59,089 bases of DNA, taken from the IMG/VR virus record IMGVR_UViG_3300012936_000014, positions 1-59,089 of that record; one strand, written 5' to 3'. Positions 30,401-38,494 of the stretch are shown here, piece by piece. Both the position numbers and the translations under genes were made by a program. The first letter of the stretch is position 1, and each line of letters opens with the position of its first letter. The notes beneath the pieces are model-generated. The model saw nothing but the letters and a program-made list of their open reading frames with translations. It made no database searches and was not told where the DNA came from. This DNA comes from a virus (lineage: Duplodnaviria > Caudoviricetes).

Positions 30401-32744
30401 TTAGAACTTGTTTTGCTTTTACAAAGTTACCCATTTCTAGTTCTTCGCCAGGAGCCTGTGTTGAATTATCTTGTGTTGCATCAAATTCTTTTGGCTCAAG
30501 TAATTGCATAAAGAAAGTCGTAGCATTTGTATTTTGTGTGAAAGTTATGATTCTGCCTAATGCACCTGAACGTTTACCACGTATTACTTTACCTGGTAGT
30601 GCATCAACGTTGTCTGGATTGGTCTGATCAATAAACCCGCTAGTGTTGTTATCTACAGTCAAGAAGTACCTGCTTCCAAACACTATGTCTGCACCTGACT
30701 CAATTCCATTTTCGATAATGTTGTTAATAAGGTTTATATTGTTGGTAATTGAACTAGGTGCATTAGGTTCTGCTCCTCCAATATTTCCGTCCCATACTTG
30801 TGTGCCAGTTCTATCAGGTTGAAACTTAGTTTGATATCTTAACCCTATTTTACCTGCTGAAGCATATATTCCAAATGTAGAGTTATCAAAAGGAGTTGTC
30901 AAGTCTTCATCTGCAAAGAGTTCTGCTGTTGTTGCATCGATAACTTTTACAAATGCAAATTGCCCATTTATTTGAGTTTGTCCTAGCACATCAAAAAATT
31001 CAATAATATTTTTATCTGCCAATCCGTGTGCAGTTTGTGTTTGTACTTGTGCCGGATTAGTTCCATCAAATTGTGTAAGACCATTGTTATTTGCAAGCAG
31101 ATCTTTTTGGCGATATCTTGTGTTCTGCAAGATTGATTCTGTTATTAATTCTCCAAGGAATGTAAATGAAGCCTTACTTTGTGTGAGCTGAGTAGTAATT
31201 GCAATTCTACCACTAACACTAGAATAATATCTTTCACCGGCTGTTCTTGACATACTGTTTGCAGTTGTGCCTCTGTTTACATCAATACGTAGACTATCAA
31301 TAATTAATCCTAAGTCTCTCCTACAAGTTGCATCGTTGTATACAAAATCTGGAAAACTGTACTGTATAAATGCACTAGTCTCTGCTATCAAATAGTCTTT
31401 GTTTAATTGCAATGTTGCATTTGTAATAGGTGAAGCTGGGTTTTCTACACCTTGAGTATCTACTATACAATCTGTAGTTACTCCTCCAGATGTATGAGCT
31501 AAGGTCTGCATGTAAGGTCCTGGCTCTTCAGGTGCAGTTTTAATTAATTCTTCTGCTCTACGTGCCGCGGCATTGATTGTTCTAAAAGCATATGTAGGAG
31601 ATGTACCTTCTTTACCGTTAGGCACACCTTGCATTGTGTCGTCACCTATTGTGCTTACATGTAAAACTTCAGGTGAACTATACGCAGTGTTATCAACGTA
31701 GTATTTTGTTGCCGCTTGTAAATCTTCTTCTCCATTAGGTGCACCGTCTCCTGACAAGTCTCCTGGATGATCGTGAAGGAATAGAGCACCTTCCATTGTG
31801 TCGCCTTGTCTGCGAGTTATGCTTTCACGAGGCATACCAACATCAGCTAGGAAGTTACCAGCTAGTGTACTATCAAATCCTGCATCAGTGATTTTGTGTG
31901 TATCATTAGCGCCAATAGTATGAGTTACTGCTATTTTGTTGTTATTTGCTTCGTCTTTATTTTCAGTTCTTGCTTGTTCTGCTGTTGCGTAAAGTGCTAA
32001 TTTGTCTTCACTTACAAATCTAATGAAATAAGTAGTTCCAGATGTAAGTGCGGCTGGATCAGTATCCTCAGCTTGGAAGATAAAAGCTGTGCCGTTTACA
32101 CCGCTGTCATATCCATGTCCTGCTATAAACAAATCCCCATCTATATATTGGGTGATAGTTTTTTCATATTGACTAGTATTGTCAGGCTCTGGTGCAATTC
32201 GTATAGGTAATCCACTTGTGATATATCTTCTATCTGCATATCCTCTTGTAATCACAAGATCGTCAATAGTATATGATGTATCTCTGTTAGGTTGTGAATT
32301 CAGTGCAGTAGCTGCCGATTCTGATATAGCAACGCCTGCAATAGCAAAGTTACCAGCATTTAAGTGTGAACCTAATGTTGGAGAAGTTTTATCATCAACA
32401 ATAGCACTAAAAGATGTTGTAAGAATAATCTTACCTGGAATACTTACAGCGTCTACTTTAACACTTCCGTCTAGTTTATAATCAGGATCTGAAGGAGCAA
32501 GATCGTTATTACTTCCGATGTCACTGTAAATAATAGCAGTTCCGGTGCTATTTGTAGTAATTAGTTTACCAGCTTCAATTTCGTCTGGAGTATCACCTAA
32601 TGTTGTAAATCCAATTTGGCCACCTTGACCAAATACTGCGTAAAGTTCTTGGAAATTTTCATTTACTTTACGAAACGATTCTCTAATACTATCGCCGGTG
32701 CCGTCATTACCTTCAACACCAATGTTTACGTCTTGTTTTGCCAT
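24498..32744 (-). CDS. Giant (2748 aa) tail fibre/baseplate structural protein
   Basis: gp10-like N-terminus (NIGVEGNDGTGDSIRESFRKVNENF); AATKYYVD; internal YNxxxCRRDxGxIxD repeats; C-terminal YADLAEYY...VALQGRVPV autocleavage-chaperone-like domain. Confidence 0.85.
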   Translation of the reverse strand: MAKQDVNIGVEGNDGTGDSIRESFRKVNENFQELYAVFGQGGQIGFTTLGDTPDEIEAGKLITTNSTGTAIIYSDIGSNNDLAPSDPDYKLDGSVKVDAVSIPGKIILTTSFSAIVDDKTSPTLGSHLNAGNFAIAGVAISESAATALNSQPNRDTSYTIDDLVITRGYADRRYITSGLPIRIAPEPDNTSQYEKTITQYIDGDLFIAGHGYDSGVNGTAFIFQAEDTDPAALTSGTTYFIRFVSEDKLALYATAEQARTENKDEANNNKIAVTHTIGANDTHKITDAGFDSTLAGNFLADVGMPRESITRRQGDTMEGALFLHDHPGDLSGDGAPNGEEDLQAATKYYVDNTAYSSPEVLHVSTIGDDTMQGVPNGKEGTSPTYAFRTINAAARRAEELIKTAPEEPGPYMQTLAHTSGGVTTDCIVDTQGVENPASPITNATLQLNKDYLIAETSAFIQYSFPDFVYNDATCRRDLGLIIDSLRIDVNRGTTANSMSRTAGERYYSSVSGRIAITTQLTQSKASFTFLGELITESILQNTRYRQKDLLANNNGLTQFDGTNPAQVQTQTAHGLADKNIIEFFDVLGQTQINGQFAFVKVIDATTAELFADEDLTTPFDNSTFGIYASAGKIGLRYQTKFQPDRTGTQVWDGNIGGAEPNAPSSITNNINLINNIIENGIESGADIVFGSRYFLTVDNNTSGFIDQTNPDNVDALPGKVIRGKRSGALGRIITFTQNTNATTFFMQLLEPKEFDATQDNSTQAPGEELEMGNFVKAKQVLIRVETGIYEEDYPIRLPNNVSLKGDEFRRVLVKPKQRVSQSKWAQTYFYRDTEFDGITLHTTGTPFFNQEGTLTGYFGFHYLTDNTKRIQIGGDVNNLGLYKSAANVIKSNKEFIQDEVIFYVNTNYPSPGFTYNEQKCRRDTGIIVDGLIKDLLAGGKEFALENQGEYYSGAVAGQETQTADAIGHISTLISSLLRGTAPTKNVGTNFDPDVTVGDVEPTWSANRTYRQGDFVVRGTGGSARYYRALNTHTSSATDEVPEPGTNNTILTPTKWVEVVSAVALVGQLIDIVQYPLENPSTWNPPLRNDQMDVFLMDDATIVRNVTVQGHGGFMCVLDPEGQVLTKSPYIQTATSFSQSLNKKAFRGGMYVDAYTGNIPMRILANSGNSTAVGVSGGSVTLDAFTIAVESLDVAGEPQGLKLRIPQLPAPFYFEGIRYQINAISNYDSGTGKAVLYLDPKSNFTNGYNKVGTDAPGDVNHDVNDVIQDIYLQTAGNRSILGNDFTQINDLGYGLVTNNGAFSEMVSMFTYYTHAAYYAANGSEIRSLNGSNGYGNFGLVAEGADPNEIPDQVTLTRDTVQSIKAFTYNTFTNALGDTSITAYDFRERPLKNARIYITHPTAGPLNYQISNIQNLSTPNNDGVVGVDGAPVATGVNTLDSTFGGGNGFTGTPPAGSGIFKYVDQKSTTGSGTGFQLSVTMASGVPTITIGNSGQGHAVNDEITISGADIGGADGTNDLTVKVSAVWQNTAGTFNNEIYRMTIQEAGSNNDFFPDIQENLAHDSIIEYRHGENLIFTGVNSQDITERPSTAVNFDESDTVTYRSTSFSIQDDQNFALPSNQIKAVFDTDFDYVEIELDPASRTTSAPLGGGQMGANTTDTYLSVVALSDKDAIRIQQDATDASNQTVLNPSDPGWTGGMIFTYGSRTLRVLEYDALTKGNIQDITIGVTTTVTSNGHPLINGQSVIFKDILGTTELNGTTKFVGNVTANTYELFEDQALTTPTNSSTFTAYTGPSGTWIKSDSVYFIRVSAITANDVTGNTNNDIGAINDTSRNVYAGLINGTTAEITIAISLLRATGHDFTEIGTGGFNTSNYPNVLLGEPIGGAEAKAGAYTDADTATKSQVWERRKGRVFFISSDNDGFFRVGKYFVVDQSTGSITFAGEVGISRAASLGFKDGVTIDEFSNDELFTDLSDTAVPTEKAIANYVSRRLGHNGTAQLTGSNRFNPGFMALNGSTGMESNMDLGSNQIRNLQDPTDDQDAVSKIFMDEAVSAYDEFEDLRNTTKSTPSQANLTKQLLTYSGVRKIVVETESGTLFDPASANKEITGVGGATGTLIARESRFDKVRDSNVTILTYTPGATDFTSTGSVQQTSPSVSSLILEPPIDEIVNAVESTASDIELTVTRGTTNTEWDLQIKADSIINADVHAPVDNTEFTTLAISQSKLNMNKATSAAAAPTGDEQAKQATLGVAAFDSDDFTVTDGWVTLKGNDVDLDDLPQLAQYQAFGRTTAGTGSPEIDTYANIVDKGLGLADGDFGAVLPYGNPVNDPGQALIKTGAGVYSSSEIAYNNENTSIAKRRDDGSLQMTSLIIGGSATNTVLAENSNNLLFTTPEGGNILTAQGTTKPTLKTGGVVKVGDISDYTESEYQKNSPYGSTGGAGTTEETSAVRSRWIQTSFIEAANELGAASTGIGLGSNTGFNTFGGAGVVTFVSDGVKGRVTSTGMETDDLRSLTANTDLTISAQGSGTVNVNDTMTVTGQITGTIDNSDNINIDEKNDNVAYQVTFSTANGTGYQRQYIDTDNAHFTYNPSTQTLSGVRGLSTGDATTTGTITGRWSLATNSRFEATYADLAEYYEGDVEYEVGTVLVFGGDKEVTTTNTKGDTRVAGVVSDQSAYTMNQDCPGIKTLVALQGRVPVNVIGAVAKGDMIVASAIPGYGMVDNNPGVGQVIGKAVGTKEDTERGIVEVVVGRV

Positions 32745-32824
32745 ATTATTTGCTCCAAAATAGGTAGATTACCATTGCTAAACATATTTATCAATTGATT
32801 TTATAATCTTAATGTAAATACAGT

Positions 32825-33112
32825 ATGTTTTTAAAAGAATATACTTTGAAAAAGATACATAAGCGGTTAAGCAAAAACGGAAAGGTTCACAAATATTATA
32901 GAGATAGCACGATCGTTGTGCTTAGATGTGATGCTTGTGATACAGAGTTCGAAAGGTCCCGCGGATCAATGGATCCTAAAAGACTTAATAACAATTATTT
33001 CCATGTATGTGGTAATTGTGATGCTAAAGTATTTGCACAAAAGAAGGGTGTCGAAAAGAAACAAATATGGGATATGCCTGCTAGTTTAGATATTCCTATT
33101 GGAAAGCTCTAA
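32825..33112 (+). CDS. Hypothetical zinc-binding protein
   Basis: CDAC and CGNC motifs; TAAATA 4 nt upstream. Confidence 0.7.
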   Translation: MFLKEYTLKKIHKRLSKNGKVHKYYRDSTIVVLRCDACDTEFERSRGSMDPKRLNNNYFHVCGNCDAKVFAQKKGVEKKQIWDMPASLDIPIGKL

Positions 33113-33393
33113 ACAGCAAAACTTTCTCCACATCCGCAACTTGCAGTTGCATTAGGATTTACAACTTTAAGGTAGGAACCACCTAGTTCTTCTACGTAAT
33201 CTACAGTACAGCCAAACACAAACATTTCAGCCATTGGATCTAACCATAGATTCTCTACAGTAGGATCTTTGTCTGTTACACCCCATTCGTATTGAAAGCC
33301 TGAACAACCACCACCCTTTACAGATAATGATACATTAGGCTTTCCTACTTTTGCTAGATAATCTTTAGCACGTTCTGTAACAGTGAGAACCAT
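33109..33393 (-). CDS. iscA: HesB/IscA A-type Fe-S cluster carrier
   Basis: GGGCSGFQY and NPNATASCGCGESF. Confidence 0.92.
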   Translation of the reverse strand: MVLTVTERAKDYLAKVGKPNVSLSVKGGGCSGFQYEWGVTDKDPTVENLWLDPMAEMFVFGCTVDYVEELGGSYLKVVNPNATASCGCGESFAV

Positions 33394-33395
33394 TA

Positions 33396-33560
33396 TTAAT
33401 CTTTCTTCCAGATAGTCCAGGCACCATATGCTATTGCAAGTCCTGCCGCAATTTTAGCAAGAGGTGCTAAAAATAAAACCATTAATCCTAAAGCAATTAA
33501 AGCCGCTCCATCCCAAGATGTGCGTTCTTTTACTCTTGAGTTAATCCATTTTTTAAGCAT
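33396..33560 (-). CDS. 54-aa membrane protein (not in the ORF track)
   Basis: MLKKWINSRVKERTSWDGAALIALGLMVLFLAPLAKIAAGLAIAYGAWTIWKKD; AAGGAG SD. Confidence 0.7.
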   Translation of the reverse strand: MLKKWINSRVKERTSWDGAALIALGLMVLFLAPLAKIAAGLAIAYGAWTIWKKD

Positions 33561-33738
33561 ATTTTTCTCCTTTTCCTGTCACAGCGCCTTGTGTTTTCAT
33601 AGACTTTGTTTGAACCTTGACTGACGGAGATGGTTTTATAGGAACTTGCGTTCTTTTATTTGCGCCATAACCAATTTTGTCAGGTCTTGGGCTTGTAATA
33701 ATATCTATTTTTAAATCTTTGCCGCTATCAATGTACAT
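33553..33738 (-). CDS. Hypothetical protein
   Basis: 61-aa basic ORF coupled to its neighbours. Confidence 0.55.
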   Translation of the reverse strand: MYIDSGKDLKIDIITSPRPDKIGYGANKRTQVPIKPSPSVKVQTKSMKTQGAVTGKGEKYA

Positions 33739-34031
33739 TACTTACTCCTTACAAAAGTATTTAAACTTTCTAGTGTTTTGCTTTGTCTGGAGACTGTTCT
33801 TTCAAGAACGTTTATAGCCGCTCTTTGTTTTCTAATCTGGTCTTCTAAACTTTGCACATATCGGAAGCTAGGCAATTGCTGTTCTGCACCGTCTTCGCTT
33901 ACCATAACTATGTGATCAACTCCTTGTCCTTTTAATCCACCAGTAACTCTGTTAGGATTTTTATCAGATGATGATTGGGTCTGGTCCGGTTGCGTAGGCT
34001 TTCTGCCGTACATTTTGTTTAGATAACTCAT
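33738..34031 (-). CDS. Hypothetical coiled-coil protein
   Basis: Start moved to MSYLNK; GGAG SD and TAAATA upstream. Confidence 0.65.
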   Translation of the reverse strand: MSYLNKMYGRKPTQPDQTQSSSDKNPNRVTGGLKGQGVDHIVMVSEDGAEQQLPSFRYVQSLEDQIRKQRAAINVLERTVSRQSKTLESLNTFVRSK

Positions 34032-35094
34032 AATTGTTCTCCGTATAGTATTTATGCAGGGCAATACTTGCTAGATTTTTTGCTTTGCTTTCTACCATTA
34101 TATCTGCATAGTCTAAGAATGACAATGCCCAGTCATTCACAGCTGAATTCCACATGTAATCGCTGTGCGCTCGCAGTTTTGCTTTCTTGTATTCACCTGC
34201 AAGCAATATGTCCATGTCAGGCTGTACATCTGTAGGGTGTCCTACAAGTAAATCTTCACGTGAAACGCTGTAGTGTATGACAGGACGTACACCACGCCAA
34301 CTATCTATTATACGAAGAAACCTATCGTCATCTGGTTGTATGTATTCGCCTGAGTTGACCCAATGATGATGTATGTCTAGCACCAAAGCGAGATCGTCTG
34401 CAAGTTCGAGACTCGCTTCGATTCCCCATTTGTTTTCGTCGTTTTCGATAGTAATACAGTTTCTTGCTTCTGGCGAGAGACGTTTAAGTGCGTCTTTGAT
34501 ACCGGCTGGACCTTTACGGCCTGATATGTGGACATTGCACTTGAAATCCTGAAACTCTTTACCATATCCCATCCACCTCGCTACATCTATGTGATATTCA
34601 AATTCTTCGATTGATCTTTCGACAATCTCGGGGTTGTCGCTTGCAAGTACAGTAAATTGGCCGGGGTGCATCGATAATCGGACATCGAGGGCTCTTGCCG
34701 TTTCGCCGACTGGTGCGAATTGTTTTTCGCAGTAGTCACGTACATGAGGCAAGCGCCAGTAATAACTCCAAGTAGGCTCGGTATAAACAGGAAGCACATC
34801 GCTACCCAATCGGACCATTCTAAGCTCTGGAGGAAGACTTCCCACATACTCAATCAACCTTTTGTATGACGCAATGTTGTGAGTCATAATATCCCACAAG
34901 CGTTCTTCAGCAACATCTCGTGTCTGTCTGTTTAGCCACGCTACTGTTGTGCTACGAGTATTTAGCGGCCTCTGTATTTCTTCTAATAATTTCTTCTTTT
35001 GCGTTTGATCAGGGTGCATATACTTACATGCAAAACCTATACGCTTTTGTTGTGATTTCAAATAATCACCTGCTGTTGTAAATTTCAAATCCAT
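33964..35094 (-). CDS. uvsE: UV damage endonuclease UvsE (UVDE)
   Basis: RIGFACK, RLSMHPGQF, IENDE, LDIHHH, HYS, RAHSD, MVESKAK; second ATG chosen from promoter spacing. Confidence 0.92.
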   Translation of the reverse strand: MDLKFTTAGDYLKSQQKRIGFACKYMHPDQTQKKKLLEEIQRPLNTRSTTVAWLNRQTRDVAEERLWDIMTHNIASYKRLIEYVGSLPPELRMVRLGSDVLPVYTEPTWSYYWRLPHVRDYCEKQFAPVGETARALDVRLSMHPGQFTVLASDNPEIVERSIEEFEYHIDVARWMGYGKEFQDFKCNVHISGRKGPAGIKDALKRLSPEARNCITIENDENKWGIEASLELADDLALVLDIHHHWVNSGEYIQPDDDRFLRIIDSWRGVRPVIHYSVSREDLLVGHPTDVQPDMDILLAGEYKKAKLRAHSDYMWNSAVNDWALSFLDYADIMVESKAKNLASIALHKYYTENNYELSKQNVRQKAYATGPDPIII

Positions 35095-35100
35095 ACTCAT

Positions 35101-35129
35101 AATATACTATCTTTATAACCAGTTGTCAA
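35101..35129 (-). promoter_or_regulatory. Sigma70-type promoter for uvsE (leaderless geometry)
   Basis: TTGACA-N17-TATATT-N6-ATG. Confidence 0.65.
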
Positions 35130-35931
35130 CCACCCATGGATCTTCACAGTTGGCAGGATTAGGATCACCATGGAATACACATACACAGGTTTCTGGTCTA
35201 GGAATGACATCTTCAATATTTTGCATCCTTCTATTGCCTTTGGTTCCACCAGGTGCAAATTGCCTATCTTTTCGTATTTCCCATTTCCAACTCATAATCC
35301 ATTCGTCTGGAAACAGCCTCGCAGGCTTTCCTTGCCTCACTGCTTCATCATACAAATAGTCTTGATCGCCAAAAAACTGTCCTTGAATTGCTTTAGGATC
35401 TGCAGAATATTTACTCCATAAAAAATCTAATTGACCAGTATAAAATTTTATAATACTGCTATTATATTTTTGCCAACCAGGACGAAAAACTCTAGTGAAG
35501 TCTCTTATTGTGCACCAATGTCCGGGTTGGAATACAAAGAGTCTATCAATATTACCTGCTATTACAACATCCAAGTCCATATAAACTATTGTACCTTTTA
35601 TAGGCAAATCTTTAGAATACATATAAGGTTTGCACCACCAACCTTGAAGATTACTAGGTATAGGAATTACAATTATATTATCATTTAAACCTGTAGCATC
35701 TTCAGTCATACAAGCAAATTTAAAATTAAGTGTGCAATTACGTTTACACATCCTGTAAAGACGATTTACATATTCTGATGAATATTTTGTGCCATGTTTC
35801 AAACACAACACAAAATATTCGTTTTCAGTCTCAGGAATATGTAGACGTTTTGTTTCTTTTTCTCTACGTCTTTGCTCTCTTATGCGATGCCATTCAGCTT
35901 TAGTGTATATTTCTTTTTCAATCTTTGCCAT
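35113..35931 (-). CDS. Glycosyltransferase-like protein (GT-A fold)
   Basis: CLKHGTKY, YMDLDVVI (DxD), YNSS, GDQD, VFHGDPNP. Confidence 0.7.
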   Translation of the reverse strand: MAKIEKEIYTKAEWHRIREQRRREKETKRLHIPETENEYFVLCLKHGTKYSSEYVNRLYRMCKRNCTLNFKFACMTEDATGLNDNIIVIPIPSNLQGWWCKPYMYSKDLPIKGTIVYMDLDVVIAGNIDRLFVFQPGHWCTIRDFTRVFRPGWQKYNSSIIKFYTGQLDFLWSKYSADPKAIQGQFFGDQDYLYDEAVRQGKPARLFPDEWIMSWKWEIRKDRQFAPGGTKGNRRMQNIEDVIPRPETCVCVFHGDPNPANCEDPWVVDNWL

Positions 35932-36403
35932 CTGCAAAAGACACCTTCTGAATTTCAAATGGTGTATAAATTGCACTGTTAGCACCATGCTCAGCACATT
36001 CTGCTGATTCGCACCAACAACGATTATCAGTAGCTTCACGTACTAAATTATCTGCAAATCGCCAGGCATGTTCCGCAAATTTTTCTGCACCTACACCATC
36101 AAATTGTCGTATCTCTGCAAGACCTTTTGACTCAAGTAATAACAAATCATCTTTCATAGGATCATCTTTGTCTATACAAAGTTTATGATCAAATGAATCT
36201 TCAAGCCAGGCTTTGAGTGGTTTCAAACCGCCAAAGTCTACTGCCCAGTTTTTATTATCTAAAGTAGAACAACCAAATGTAAATTTAAATTGCAAACTAT
36301 ATCCATGTAGTAGATGACAGTGTGAATGATCTGCGTTAGGTTGACGGAACACCGCTGATAGTCCGATGTTGTGTCCGTATGTTTTTGTACTGTAATAAGC
36401 CAT
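35918..36403 (-). CDS. queD: 6-pyruvoyl/6-carboxy-tetrahydropterin synthase
   Basis: HSHCHLLHGYS, VDFGGLK, FDHK. Confidence 0.85.
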   Translation of the reverse strand: MAYYSTKTYGHNIGLSAVFRQPNADHSHCHLLHGYSLQFKFTFGCSTLDNKNWAVDFGGLKPLKAWLEDSFDHKLCIDKDDPMKDDLLLLESKGLAEIRQFDGVGAEKFAEHAWRFADNLVREATDNRCWCESAECAEHGANSAIYTPFEIQKVSFADGKD

Positions 36404-36465
36404 ATTATCTCCTATATAATAATGGCGGCAGAATTAGAAGGGTTGACGCCAAGTCCTATTGTGTT

Positions 36466-36494
36466 ATATTACATGAAATTACTTATCTTGTCAA
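36466..36494 (-). promoter_or_regulatory. Sigma70-type promoter upstream of the queD leader
   Basis: TTGACA-N17-TAATAT. Confidence 0.6.
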
Positions 36495-37035
36495 GTGAAA
36501 CATTTGGATAATTCCAGGATTCTGGTAAAATCCATTCATCATTATATATTGTAAATTTGTGTGTAGGAAAACATTTGAATACCATTCCTATTTGATGTAT
36601 CCAATATCTTGGATCAACAGCATGTTTATTTTCTGCATCATACCCTTTTGTGCCTTTATAAATGTTATTGACTGTTTTAGTTTTGCTATGTAAATCAAAA
36701 CCAAGCATTTGTATATCATATGACAACGTACATCCTAATAATACTGCATAAGGTCCGCTACCCCACTGAAAAGGTTCATCCCATCTTTGGGTACCATGAT
36801 AAGGTAGATCAGGTACAATTTCTACATCCTGAAATTGTCCAACCCAATCTTTCCTTGTATATATTATTCCCTTGAAATTATTTTCTTGTGCGTCTTTAAC
36901 CATGCGCCTATCAACACACACTAAATAATCTACAGCAAAATCTCTGTGTATGGCATTACATCCTACCACCACATCTCGGCATTGACTTATGTCAACTCCG
37001 ATTCTACTTTCACCGTTACCAATTATCCTTGTCAT
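36469..37035 (-). CDS. Hypothetical protein (GNGxSR...GCNA...GFD, sialyltransferase-like fold possible)
   Basis: IIGNGESR, GCNAIHRDF, MLGFDL. Confidence 0.55.
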   Translation of the reverse strand: MTRIIGNGESRIGVDISQCRDVVVGCNAIHRDFAVDYLVCVDRRMVKDAQENNFKGIIYTRKDWVGQFQDVEIVPDLPYHGTQRWDEPFQWGSGPYAVLLGCTLSYDIQMLGFDLHSKTKTVNNIYKGTKGYDAENKHAVDPRYWIHQIGMVFKCFPTHKFTIYNDEWILPESWNYPNVSLDKISNFM

Positions 37036-37315
37036 TTTTAAACATCTTTTTTGTTTCGCGGATTTCTTTAAGTACTTCTTTGAATGTTAGTTCATTTGCT
37101 TTCTGGTAGGCGAAAATCACTTTAATTTTATCAACACACCACCACCACCAAAATACACTTACTAATAAGAATACGGTAATTATACCACATATTACATCAG
37201 CTTTCCAGTCAGTACCTAATATTTCTGAACTAATTAAAAGGAAAACCGCTACGAACGGTAATGTCCATGCGGCATATTTCCACCATTTTACTTGCCTTTT
37301 TATTTTTTCCCACAT
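37016..37315 (-). CDS. Membrane protein with two TM segments
   Basis: GGAGG SD before MWEKIK; two hydrophobic helices. Confidence 0.65.
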   Translation of the reverse strand: MWEKIKRQVKWWKYAAWTLPFVAVFLLISSEILGTDWKADVICGIITVFLLVSVFWWWWCVDKIKVIFAYQKANELTFKEVLKEIRETKKMFKNDKDNW

Positions 37316-37370
37316 ATGTTTGCCTCCTTGCCTTTTAGCAAGAGTATTTACTCTCTGTCTTTTCATTATT

Positions 37371-38483
37371 TTATGATGCTATTTGGCCGAAAGGTTTCCA
37401 TTCACCTGGCGTTCCTTCTCGGACACATATCCAACCAACATAGCCTGTTGGTTTAGGTGAGGTGTTCCAAACAATATCACCAACTCTGTAAGATCCTTCT
37501 GTTGGTGTGTTTGATCCTACTTGCATTTTTTTGCCTTGCATTTTTATAGGACCGGCTGTGGTAATATCAGCATCTTCGCTAAAGTTACTAACATTTATAC
37601 CTAGTTTTCCTTGCACACTTACTTTGTTGTGCATTGTGATTGAGCCACTGTCTTCAATATGTATTCTTGTGGCATTATCTGTGATAATTTTTAATTCACT
37701 AGTTGTCCAAGTACCAAGTTTGAAAGTACCAACATCATTATGATCTACAACAAACTCGTGTTCTAACGATCCTATGCTTAATGCGCCATTTGGATTGTCG
37801 TGACCTATACCAAAACGCATTGTCTCACTATCATAATAAATGAAGTTGTCTAATGTAACATCACCTTCTACTGATAGATTTTGTAGTGTTCCTACTGTTG
37901 TCAAAGAACTTTCAGTAACTTCTTGTCCTAGTGATGTGCTTGAAAGCACAGGTCTATTAGCAATTCTAAAACTTTGATTTTTATGTAGGTCAATGCTGTT
38001 GCTACTAAACAACCTATCGCCTTGCATAGTAAATTGTCTTGTATTACCTTCTCCTGACCAAATTAATCCCTTGTTACTTACACTACCGCCTTCTGCACGG
38101 AATTCTAAATTGCTAGTTGTTTCGTTTCTTATATCAGCAACTACTTCATCTACATGTAATTTTGTAGCATGTACTTCTCCGGCAACAGTCAAATCACCAC
38201 CAACTGAAAGTGCATTAGGTATATTGCTAACATGAGCTGTGTTTACAGTAATACCTTCGTTTGTAACTTGTAGTACAAAATCACTTGCAGTGTCTTTAAT
38301 TCCAGCACTGCTGAATTGTGCTATTCTACCACCTTGTATTTTATTTCCAGATAGACTCCTATCAAGAATGTTGTTTACATCCGGTGCTTTCAAAGGGTTA
38401 TTCGCAATGGCTTCTATTGCTGAAGATACAGCAGTAAATCCATTTCGCATTTCTAATAGTTTTTGATCGATTGGTTTGCTCAT
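37371..38483 (-). CDS. Virion/fibre-like structural protein
   Basis: Beta-rich repeats, SSLTTVGTL; C-terminal GDIVWNTSP...GWICVREGTPGEW. Confidence 0.7.
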   Translation of the reverse strand: MSKPIDQKLLEMRNGFTAVSSAIEAIANNPLKAPDVNNILDRSLSGNKIQGGRIAQFSSAGIKDTASDFVLQVTNEGITVNTAHVSNIPNALSVGGDLTVAGEVHATKLHVDEVVADIRNETTSNLEFRAEGGSVSNKGLIWSGEGNTRQFTMQGDRLFSSNSIDLHKNQSFRIANRPVLSSTSLGQEVTESSLTTVGTLQNLSVEGDVTLDNFIYYDSETMRFGIGHDNPNGALSIGSLEHEFVVDHNDVGTFKLGTWTTSELKIITDNATRIHIEDSGSITMHNKVSVQGKLGINVSNFSEDADITTAGPIKMQGKKMQVGSNTPTEGSYRVGDIVWNTSPKPTGYVGWICVREGTPGEWKPFGQIAS

Positions 38484-38494
38484 GTAAGTATTTA

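Noticed and set aside
101-32798. Many plus-strand ORFs in the supplied track (e.g. 101-475, 542-1081, 2614-3042, 3670-4266, 24049-24609, 25750-26136)
   Set aside because: They are antisense shadows of long, recognisable minus-strand genes and have no motifs or SD of their own.
36404-36465. queD leader as a canonical preQ1-I or ZTP riboswitch
   Set aside because: It lacks the A-rich 3' tail of preQ1-I and the extra stem and 3' hairpin of ZTP; kept only as an unclassified candidate.
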